A DNA stretch of 63,521 nt, the filler included, from Octopus bimaculoides (Eukaryota), in the NCBI RefSeq assembly GCF_001194135.2. It is 4 parts of 4 records of this genome, joined end to end, with 100 filler letters (N's around TTAATTAATTAA, not from the genome) between each part and the next. Parts side by side here need not be neighbours in the genome. Positions count along the whole stretch, not along the records: positions 52,048 to 63,521 come from NC_069008.1; 3 more parts are not named here. One strand, 5' to 3'. The translations under genes and the position numbers were made by a program. Below the pieces are notes generated by a model that did no database searches, had not been told where the DNA came from, and was given only the letters and a program-made list of their open reading frames with translations. The first letter of the stretch is position 1. Every line of letters starts with the position of its first letter. Shown one piece after another: positions 54,269 to 63,521 of this stretch.

Positions 54269-55212
54269 CAGTGAACAATATCGGCATTCGTAGGGGTTCG
54301 GACTTGACATCTAGAGACAGTGCTGACATCTGTGGTAATTCTGAAAGCGGGATTTGTGGGCATCCTTCATATTTTGTGGCATTATATTCGTAAGTGGACG
54401 GTCATCCGAGGAGAGGACATTACTGGACGGTCGTAGTGGACAGACCTGACAACACATCTCGTTGCCCATGATTAGCATAATCACTGCTTCTACCCACAAC
54501 AAAGGTAAGATTAAATTTGTGCTTGAGTCATTATGATGTGTTTGTCTGGAGAAGCGAGCGAGGATATTTCTTGCTGTTTAGCAGTTGGTCAGTAGTGATT
54601 ATGCAGGTCAATGATCAAAGCCGTTTCAACCGTAGCCATCACAACATATATTCAAAAATACGCTTGTTAAAACGACAATATTATGCTGTTGTATGTGTGT
54701 TTGTTTGTTTGTTTCTTTCTTGTTGTTGTTGTTAGCGTCAATCATTTTGCGCCAGATCGGGCATGATCAAACAGTTCTTCAGCCAAAGATATTCCAGCCG
54801 TGACCATCCCGTTCTTTTTAATTCAGATTTTCTCTATTAGCTTTTTCTTCTTTCATTTCCCCTTACAAATGTATCTCTTGCACTTTATCTCTTCCTTCCT
54901 CTCGTCCCTTCTCTGTATTTCTATCTATTTCTAGCAATGTCGTACGTATTCTCTTCTCCCCTCTATTCCATGCCCTCCTCTCCTCTAGCTCCCCCTATGT
55001 TTCTCATCTACTCTTATGTCTCTCACTTTCTTTTATCTGTTAATCTTTCTTTTTACATCTCCCTTTATCCCTTTCTCTCTCTCCCTATACCATCGTCGAT
55101 TTCTCTCTATCTCTCTATCAATTTCTCTTCTGCTTCTTTCTCTTTATCTCTTCCACTTTTGAATTTGTATCTTCCTCTCCATCTCTCTCTAAATTTTCTT
55201 CCTCATCTTCTA

Positions 55213-55255
<43 letters not shown>

Positions 55256-55305
55256 TACGCACACACATATTCATATCATCGTCCTCTACTGATTCTAGAG
55301 CCAAG

Positions 55306-55639
55306 ATGTTCCAGTTTTCTTCTACCATTCCAACCGTGACCACAGGGCTGTTATTAACCCTTACTGCAATTATGACCGTTACCTCAAATCGGGAATTTTA
55401 TACAGGCAGCTACAGATCTCTGCCTCCTGGTTATTCCTACCGTTACCTTCAGGAACCTCCAACAGAACAATTCTTCTCCACTCGATGTCTACTGAAATGT
55501 GCCGAGATTTCTCTAAGCAGCCAATCGGAATTCTTCACTTACAACAATGTCAGCCATGTTTGTAAGAATTACTCCCCGAAAAATCTAATGACAGTCGCCA
55601 GAACAAACGACAGCAACGAGAAGATGTCCTTCTACAGGA
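55306..55639 (+). CDS. First coding exon of a probable secreted/cell-surface protein with a PAN/apple-like module
   Basis: Possible acceptor ...TACTGATTCTAG at 55298, Kozak GCCAAGATG, 111 open codons of non-repetitive sequence. Hydrophobic leader (TTGLLLTLTAIMTVTS); RCLLKCAEI...FFTYNNVSHVCKNY resembles PAN CxxxC...FxY...C; strong phase-1 donor A|GTAAGT at 55639/55640. Confidence 0.65.
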
Positions 55640-55647
55640 GTAAGTGA

Positions 55648-55681
55648 ATTATCATTATTATTATCATTATTATTATTATTA

Positions 55682-55742
<61 letters not shown>

Positions 55743-55785
55743 CATTATTATCATTATTATTATTATTTTTTCATTATCATTATGA
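55648..55785. repeat. (ATT)n microsatellite directly after the donor site
   Basis: Directly visible. Confidence 0.95.
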
Positions 55786-55834
55786 TTAATTCCGCCGAAG
55801 TAACTTTCTTTTTCATATGAATAGACTCTCTTCT

Positions 55835-56480
55835 GCGTGTGTATAGATCATTTTTTATATACCACCTTAGGCCATTTTCCTCTGCTACGATACATTCCTG
55901 GCAACAGCTCAAACTTGTCCCACCTTTTCTTCTGGACGAATACAGCCTATTGGTTTCACTCTTAGGTTGGAAGGCTCCGTGTATTGTCAACATTTTTCTG
56001 GTCTTGCTATCCATCTTCTTCATTTCTTTCTTTTGCCGTTTTATAATTCCCGCTCCATACCAGAGTGATGCAATCGTCCACGTATCAACTGATTTTATTT
56101 TATTCCATCCATTCAATTTTGAGCGCAGCACAAACATCAATCTTCGGAAATACTCCATCCTCGGTTTGCTCTTTCATTTCCTTTTCCTTACCTCGTTGAA
56201 CTCCAGTACTCCAAGGTATTTGTATCCTTCCGTTTCAATTTGCTTCATCAAGTCTCTATTCGGTAATTCTATCCCTACTAGGGACTGTACCTTGCTTCTT
56301 TTTAAGTAGATTAAGTCCAAATTCCATTCTAATATCAGTACTAAAACAGGGGACCTTGTTCACCAAGGAACTCACTTGTGTCTCATCTTTGCTACACAGT
56401 TTTAAATCAGAGAAGATGGCTAATTGTTTGGGAGTTTTCATGTATTTCGTATCCTCAGGTATCACGCAGAGAACAAAAAG
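55835..56480 (-). pseudogene. R4/Dong-like non-LTR retrotransposon RT fragment
   Basis: FSDLKLCSKDETQVSSLV...FSTDIRMEFG, YKYLGVLE, EYFRRLMFVLRSKLNGWNKI, MDSKTRKMLTIHGAFQPKSETNRLYSSRRKGG match the R4-clade signature MDDLKL...DIGMEFG...SKLNGxNK...HPKSDxDRLYxPRxxGGRGL. Confidence 0.8.
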
Positions 56481-58930
56481 CACCAGAGATAGGTGGTCTA
56501 CAGTTACAGGTGTTGATAACGTTCATTTTCCTTTTTTCTCATTAGTAAGTGCTATTATTATTAATAATAATATGCTTGTACGTAACTGACGTGTGCGTCA
56601 CGTTTAAGAAAAAGAAATTAAATATTTTGAAACTGAATCTTTGCAATAGATTTGAAACCACCATCTATGTGTTTTATTACTACTTCTCAACACCCATGCC
56701 TACTGGACCACAGAAGCATTAACACTCTTAACGAAGTAATTAAGATACTTAAATTTGACGCCTGTCGAGCAAAAGAGACAGGAATTGAAAGAGAAAGAGA
56801 GAGAGAGTGAGAGGGAGTGGTTGATAGGTATTTGAATTCCTTTCTACTACTGAACTAAAATTGACCCCTGGCTATTAAAGGCCCAGCTACGCGCACGCAC
56901 ACCCGCACACACATTTGTTTTCGGTCTTCTACTCATTTGAATTCGGCCATACACCAAATAACATGGTCAATCTTATGTTCCGAAATGTAAATTTTGATTT
57001 GTTTTAATTATAAAATTACATCTCAGATAAAAAAAAAAACAACTTTTGGCTTTCGAATACAATCTTCTCTTTGTCTTTCTATATTTTTGTTAAGTTACAA
57101 TTTCTCTGTTTTGGTCAGGATTTTTCCAATTTCTTTTTGCTTTTAGTAAAGATTGTTTGCCAGCATAACATGGCAGTCGTAGTTTAAGACGAATGTTGCT
57201 GTAATTTAGCCCCAGGAGACATCGTCTTCAGCTGGCTATACGATACGATCTGTGTCCATATATTTTGGAACAAGGGAATCTAGAACCTCCACTCAGCTCA
57301 AAACAATATCTGTGTATCGCGATTTCCGGATTATTTCCTTTCATCAGCACAGAATAATTGTTCGGCTAGAGGGGAATCATCCAAACTCCAAAGAATTCCT
57401 CTCAACACATGGCTATGATGCTCCCCCCACTTATTATTGTCATTAATATTATTATTACCATTATTATCATCATTATTACTAGCAGAAAGACCGGTTTTCT
57501 GCTAGCCCCTTGATAATATTTTCACATTTGAATCCCAATTCTAATATTTTTTTTATATTTTACGTCTAATTATTTCTTCGTATAATAGTGCTCACTTGCT
57601 TAGTAAATATTGCTTTCATTATTTTATCAGTTATAATCTCTGTCTTTAAAACAAACATCACGGTAGTCTAACAACAGAGGGAGAGGCAGTTTGTCAAGTT
57701 TTACCTTCCCCTCAAAGCAACANNNNNNNNNNNNNNNNNNNNNNNNNNNNNNNNNNNNNNNNNNNNNNNNNNNNNNNNNNNNNNNNNNNNNNNNNNNNNN
57801 NNNNNNNNNNNNNNNNNNNNNNNNNNNNNNNNNNNNNNNNNNNNNNNNNNNNNNNNNNNNNNNNNNNNNNNNNNNNNNNNNNNNNNNNNNNNNNNNNNNN
57901 NNNNNNNNNNNNNNNNNNNNNNNNNNNNNNNNNNNNNNNNNNNNNNNNNNNNNNNNNNNNNNNNNNNNNNNNNNNNNNNNNNNNNNNNNNNNNNNNNNNN
58001 NNNNNNNNNNNNNNNNNNNNNNNNNNNNNNNNNNNNNNNNNNNNNNNNNNNNNNNNNNNNNNNNNNNNNNNNNNNNNNNNNNNNNNNNNNNNNNNNNNNN
58101 NNNNNNNNNNNNNNNNNNNNNNNNNNNNNNNNNNNNNNNNNNNNNNNNNNNNNNNNNNNNNNNNNNNNNNNNNNNNNNNNNNNNNNNNNNNNNNNNNNNN
58201 NNNNNNNNNNNNNNNNNNNNNNNNNNNNNNNNNNNNNNNNNNNNNNNNNNNNNNNNNNNNNNNNNNNNNNNNNNNNNNNNNNNNNNNNNNNNNNNNNNNN
58301 NNNNNNNNNNNNNNNNNNNNNNNNNNNNNNNNNNNNNNNACTTCAAAACCATGGAAAGTGCATCTTCGGTTGTTGTGATTTAGATGAAATTTGAATCTGT
58401 TAGGTGGGGCGGTGTATCACTCTACATAGCAGGTGAATATGTTTTCGTTTATTTGGCATTTATCAAGTGGACTCCTCCTTTGTCAAGTGTATTGGCTTGT
58501 GCCAGATGCATACATAAATAGTTCGTTTTAAAGACGGAAAGACTACACACCTGTTACTAAGGGAAAGGAATGAAAAATTTTGATAAAAAAACAGTTAAGT
58601 GGTAGTGCTCGAGAGTGGAGTTCGAGTAGCCATTGCACCTTCATTTATTTATAATTCATTTTCTATGTTGGGCCCTTAGTGTGTGTGTCTGTGTGTGTGC
58701 GTTACACGGCGGCCTAGGCGGACTAATGAAGAAATAGTGTACTTGTAAGTAGCAGTTCACTTTGTGATTCCGTTGCAGATTAGTCTTATCTTTTGTTGAA
58801 GGTTCTCTCTGGCGGGTTTGCCTATTGCTGAAGCTGTTGAATTTTGTTGAATACTGTTGCCGTTTTTCCCGTAGGCTCGTGTTTTGTTTGTTTTCTTTCC
58901 CCCATTTTGGAGCGAAGAGACTCCGGAAAA

Positions 58931-59816
58931 AATGAATTGTGAACCGAACGGGCCCATGCCAGGAGCTATGCTTCGGCGGCTAGAAGTCGAAACCAGCGCA
59001 CGGGATTCACTGGAAGTGTGGAAAGTTATAGTTGAACCGGAAAAGTTGGAAGAGTACAAGGAACTGATCCAGAAGAATGGGAAGTAACCAACAAAATGAA
59101 AAGGACAGTGGTTTACAGAACACTGTCCATAATGAGTAAGATTGAGAAAACAGCTGAGGAAGCCATAGAGAAATGTCTGGAAGAAGTAAAGAGTGTTGCA
59201 ACATTCTATACGGGAGGAAAATGATATGGCACAATGGAAGTGAGGTTTGTCACCGAAGAAGAGGCAATAAATCACTCCACTATTCCACTGAAATCAGAAG
59301 AATGGGTGCTCCTGCCGACCTACTGTGGCAAAAGAGTCACAAGAATTAGGATAGGCAGGGTGCCACATGAAATCGAGAAAGTGTGGCTGGTGACAGCCGT
59401 GATGCATGGAACCCCCGAGGATGCAAAGATATTACAAGTGGCAAGAACACAGAAAATGAATTGATAGGGGTTACGGCCTGGAAATGGTTATCCAGGCCAC
59501 CCAGCAAGACCTGAAAGACATCGCAGAAGAGGTGTTACTGCCCGAAGACATAAAGCTGAGAGTGGTGGTAGAAGAGAGACCACCAACTTGCTACTACTGT
59601 GGAGAAAAGGGGCACATTGGAATAAAGTGCGCCCAGATAAGCAATGAAACTAGCGAAAACCAGCGTGGACAAAGTAGAAGTACCGAAATGACAAGCCCAG
59701 CGCAGGAGGAGGGTATGGAAGACACAGATGAGGAGGGATTTACCGAAGTACCCAAAAGAAAGAAAAAGGAAACAGTAAATACTTTGCCTTTCATCCACTC
59801 GGGGTCGATAAATTAA
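58931..59816 (+). pseudogene. Tx1/L1-like gag-type ORF1 with CCHC zinc knuckle, several frameshifts and stops
   Basis: Fragments MEVRFVTEEEA...RIRIGRVPHEI and KLRVVVEERPPTCYYCGEKGHIGIKC (C-x2-C-x4-H-x4-C), followed by acidic/basic EEGFTEVPKRKKK. Truncated by a SINE. Confidence 0.75.
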
Positions 59817-59896
59817 ATACCTGTTGAATACTGGGGTCGATGTAATCGATTTATGGCCTCCCCAAAATTGCTGCTCTTGTGGCAAAAATTTGAAAC
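59781..59896 (+). mobile_element. SINE family B, 3' part
   Basis: ACTTTGCCTTTCATCCACTCGGGGTCGATAAATTAAATACC...TACTGGGGTCGATGTAATCGA...AAAATTTGAAAC. Confidence 0.75.
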
Positions 59897-59929
59897 TATT
59901 ATTACTATTATTTCTTTTTGTAACAGGTT

Positions 59930-60790
59930 TTGCTGGAACTCCTCGAATCTTGCATGCGTAGCAAGCTTGCTGCTTGCATTCTACGGTGCTATGCTACCCG
60001 TCCTTTTCAACTGTCTAATACTTTCCTGATTATTCTGGCCGTGTCAAGGAGACATTATCGTTGGTAACATTCTACTGGGCACTCTCTTCCAATTTCCTTT
60101 ATATTCCTCTTGATGCTTCTGAAATTTCCATAGCCAGGCTATTTCGTACTTAAAAGGGTTGTATTTATCTAATTTTTCTCTTTCCTTCTTGATTATTCGT
60201 ATTTCAAAGGGACACACAACATCAACTATATAGTACATGTGGTGCTTCTTATCAACAACCACTGGATCCACTCTATTATGCTCTAGCACCTGATTTCTTT
60301 GGATTTGGAAATCTCAGAGGATTTTGCTAGACTGCGACTCCACCATCCTCTACGGTTTGTGCTCATACCACGTCTTACATCTCCCTAGCCCCCACTTCAC
60401 GTACAGTTTCCATTGTAGCACTTTCGCTACCTTATTGCATTGCCACAACTTGTAGTGGTTTTGGACAAGTCTAGGCAATTCGTCCATGATATGAGCAATG
60501 GTTTCGTCCAATCTATTACAGATGCAGCACAGCACAGAGCAGAAACACTTGCTCATTCCAAGGTTGACGCTCCATACGTGGCCAAAGCTTGGTCTTGAGC
60601 TGCCAGTATAGTGCTCTCACTCTCTTTTTCAGTGTCCCTTTCTTCAGCCAATCCCATCTATGTCTTCCAGAAACTTCTGTTCTGGCTGTTGAATTATACT
60701 TTATCATGTCCATTCTGTAATTCTTCCTTTGTCTTACTTTTTTGTCTCGGCATTCAATACTCCCTCATTCCTGACACTAGCAAGGTTTCC
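59930..60790 (-). pseudogene. R4/Dong-like non-LTR C-terminus: CCHC motif plus restriction-like (REL) endonuclease
   Basis: WDWLKKGTLKK / ESESTILAAQDQALAT, CCICNRLDETIAHI, WQCNKVAKVLQWKL, LEHNRVDPVVVDKK...IVDVVCPFEIRIIKKEREKLDKY (R-P-D...D...K-x-E-K-x-x-K-Y REL pattern). Confidence 0.8.
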
Positions 60791-61552
60791 ATTTGCTCTC
60801 CTCGCATGTAGGCAAACAGGGTCTGCACATGGATGATGGGCTCCATTCATCTTTAGAAGCTTCCTCGTTTTCCTGTCCATCTCCTATACCTCCTCCTCCT
60901 CTGTTCAGTTCAGGATGTCAGCGCCATTCCGAACTCTGCGAGTGCGCGCAAGTTCTTTGCCGAAATTATATTTCTGGCATTGAGTTTTGAAGCCGATANN
61001 NNNNNNNNNNNNNNNNNNNNNNNNNNNNNNNNNNNNNNNNNNNNNNNNNNNNNNNNNNNNNNNNNNNNNNNNNNNNNNNNNNNNNNNNNNNNNNNNNNCG
61101 CGCGCGCACACACACACACTTTCTAGTTAGGAAGCATCGCTAATTGCCATGAAACATGTAAAGACATGCATTGTAAGACTCAAGAAAACAGTTTGTGTCA
61201 TGGTTGAAGTAGATAGTGTACCGACGTAGAACCATGTCTACGTTGCATCATCCATGGTGATTGATTTCAATGATTTGAATGATTTTCTTTACTGAAAGAC
61301 TTCGGTCCAGCGATCTTCAACTTTCATCTTTCACATCTCCACCTACAGAAACACCAACATCACATCCCGCCATCACCAGGTATTAAAACTGCAACGTCAC
61401 TACCACAAACACCACAGTTGCCTCACTGCTAACATCGGAACGACTTCCACAACTACACAGGCGTCTCTTCTGTACGTTTCGTGAAGCGCATGTCTCTAGT
61501 CAATGACTTCTTCCTAAAATGACGGCAAGTTTTTTTTTTAATCACATGCTAA

Positions 61553-61609
<57 letters not shown>

Positions 61610-62082
61610 ATGTGTTTATGTGTTGTGATTAGGGTGTGCAAGGATTACGTTCAGTTTGTATGAGAGTGTGTGCGTTGAGATTAGTGTGTGTGCATTGTGA
61701 AGAGAACGAGATGTGTTGTTTCTATGAAGTCTATTTTTATAAGGTCTAGCTACCATGTAGAGGTCTCCCTCATGGGCTGATACCTGCGGCCATATTTAAT
61801 GGCATAAACGATGCACGAGTACATATTACACGCATCACAACAGCAGTAGCGCATATTCAGTAAAAAAAAAAAACATATCTCTTATGTGAATTAGCATTTA
61901 AACCTTGGACATCGTCAATGGATGCTTCAAATATTTTACGAGGAAACGGCCACCATTAATTGAAGCCCGAGCGGTTACTCTGTCAATTTCGTCCAAGTGT
62001 AAGCGGTCCTTATCGATGAGAAAAATGAAATTGCGAATAGCAGAATTTTACTACGATGAAGATGCTTTTCATCAGATGAGGC

Positions 62083-62127
<45 letters not shown>

Positions 62128-62143
62128 GTGGTGATGATGATGG
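62083..62143. repeat. (GAT)n microsatellite
   Basis: Directly visible. It is the source of the poly-D/H/I pseudo-ORFs. Confidence 0.95.
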
Positions 62144-62629
62144 ATGATGTATTTTCTAGAGAACATAGCTGAAAGTGATACTTCAAAGAGATCTGAATCC
62201 ACCAACTTTTTTCTGCATTTGTACATCCGTTTGACAACAACGCAGGAATCTCAAATGAATCTTTGCTCCCACCGGATTGGCTGAGGAAAGTGAATATTTT
62301 ACGGCTCTTTCCGATGAGATTGTAAATTTTGTTGTGCGGAGAGACTGGCAATTATTACAGTTGTTCGAATTATATAAAGTGAAAAATAATATAAGAATTA
62401 CCCTTTTGCCCAGTTAGAACACGTATTTATGCAGCTCCTTCTAGATATATATAGAACCTTCATATATAAATAGAACCTTCATAGAACCCGGTCACCAAAA
62501 GGAAAAAAAAAACTAGTCTAATAGGTGTAAAAAGCGTGTATAAAACGAATATAAAAACAGAAATTTGTGCAAACATACATGTACATACCTACGTCTTGGC
62601 TGGTAATTATTTGACGGCAACGATCCGAG

Positions 62630-62908
62630 AGAGGAAGGTGTATCTTGGCTGCCTCTATGAAGAACGTGTGCAACAGCCTTTCTTCACGTTGAGAAGTTCT
62701 TTTACTCTTTTACTTGTTTCAGTCATTTGACTGCGGCCATGCTGGAGCACCGCCTTTAGTCGAGTAAATCGACCCCAGGACTTATTCTTTGTAAGCCTAG
62801 TACTTATTCTATCGGTCTCTTTGCCGAACCGCTAAGTTACGGGGACGTAAACACACCAGCATCGGTTGTCAAGCGATGTTGCGGAGACAAACACAGACAC
62901 ACAAACAC

Positions 62909-62939
<31 letters not shown>

Positions 62940-63357
62940 CGACGGACTTCTTTCAGTTTCCGTCTACCAAATCCACTCACAAGGCTTTGGTCGGCCCGAG
63001 GCTATAGTAGAAGACACTTGCCCAAGGTGCCACGCAGCGGGACTGAACCCGGAACCATGTAGTTGGTAAGCACCCTTGCAGATATTTTGATCGAATTCGT
63101 GGTTTTTTTATTGATTCTTTTATGTCTCTGCAAAGTCTTTCAATGTTTTGTGTGTGTATGTTTCTATGTGTGCTATTTTCAAAATTGTTAGAGTGAGGCA
63201 TTTTCCCATCATTGTTTTAATGTGGACATATCACTACATTTGTTAATACTCCATGTGAACGAAGGAACTCAACCGATTTTTGATCGTTGCATTGAAAAGT
63301 GCTGATGCATTCATAAGAATCAAAATTACAATTTTCACAAATATTGAAATTCTTCAT
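62630..63357 (-). pseudogene. Merlin (IS1595/ISXO2-like) transposase relic, internally deleted and interrupted by a SINE
   Basis: MKNFNICENCNFDS...VEFLRSHGVLTNVVICPH*NNDGKMPHSNNFENSTHRNIHTQNIERLCRDIKESIKKPRIRSKYLQ; beyond the SINE, TSQREERLLHTFFIEAAKIHLP. HTQNIERLW-like is the third-acidic-residue motif of IS1595/Merlin. Confidence 0.7.
62700..63072 (-). mobile_element. SINE family A, well-preserved copy (5' end clipped)
   Basis: Reverse complement of the 10518-10965 type, with few apparent substitutions. Tail (CTTTTA)2, short internal (TA)n. Confidence 0.9.
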
Positions 63358-63521
63358 TCTCGAACACTAGTTTTCAAATGTGACGATATCGAAAATGAAA
63401 CGAAGGATAGGTATCAAGTAAACCTCTCAATACCCTGTGAATTTTCCGACAGTCCTCTCCCCAACCCTTCGGAAAACATTTTCCCCACAAATTTCGGTTA
63501 ATATATAGTTTAAGTCCCGGT

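Noticed and set aside
54937-55305. N-terminal extension of the 236-aa ORF as part of the protein
   Set aside because: It is a CT-rich/(CA)n low-complexity intron-like tract ending in a plausible acceptor. The credible start is ATG 55306.
55835-60790. The two R4-like fragments as one interrupted element
   Set aside because: On the coding strand the endonuclease piece precedes the RT piece, which is the reverse of the native domain order.
62977-63357. IS1595-like motif as evidence of bacterial contamination or recent HGT
   Set aside because: It is degenerate, interrupted by a host SINE and embedded in host repeats, which fits a resident eukaryotic Merlin.

Overview
This is AT-rich, gap-ridden eukaryotic (animal) genomic DNA, dominated by microsatellites and transposable-element debris. 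The SINE repertoire, extreme (TA)n/(TG)n/(TATC)n density and draft-assembly gap markers look like a cephalopod (Octopus-type) draft genome; this is inference from recalled repeat style, not a search. I see no prokaryotic gene organisation, CRISPR array or rRNA/tRNA gene, and almost all long six-frame ORFs are dipeptide-repeat or N-gap artefacts. The supported content is: (1) one likely host coding exon at 55306-55639, with a signal peptide, a PAN/apple-like module and a GTAAGT donor; (2) non-LTR retrotransposon relics of several clades, namely CR1/L2-group RT fragments, a LINE 5' part whose ORF1 has a Myb/SANT-like N-terminus plus a CCCH finger, a Tx1/L1-type ORF2 nested in (TATC)n next to a second copy of its own 3' end, a Tx1-like zinc-knuckle ORF1, two R4/Dong-like RT and REL-endonuclease fragments, and a Penelope RT; (3) DNA transposon relics, namely two mariners (one built from two inverted 5' ends), a DD37D/maT-like element and a Merlin (IS1595-like) element split by a SINE; (4) three copies of a short repeat carrying a Penelope-type minimal hammerhead-ribozyme-like fold; (5) at least four SINE-like families. 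Coordinates of degenerate elements are approximate (+/- 20-50 bp). All family assignments come from motif recognition by eye.
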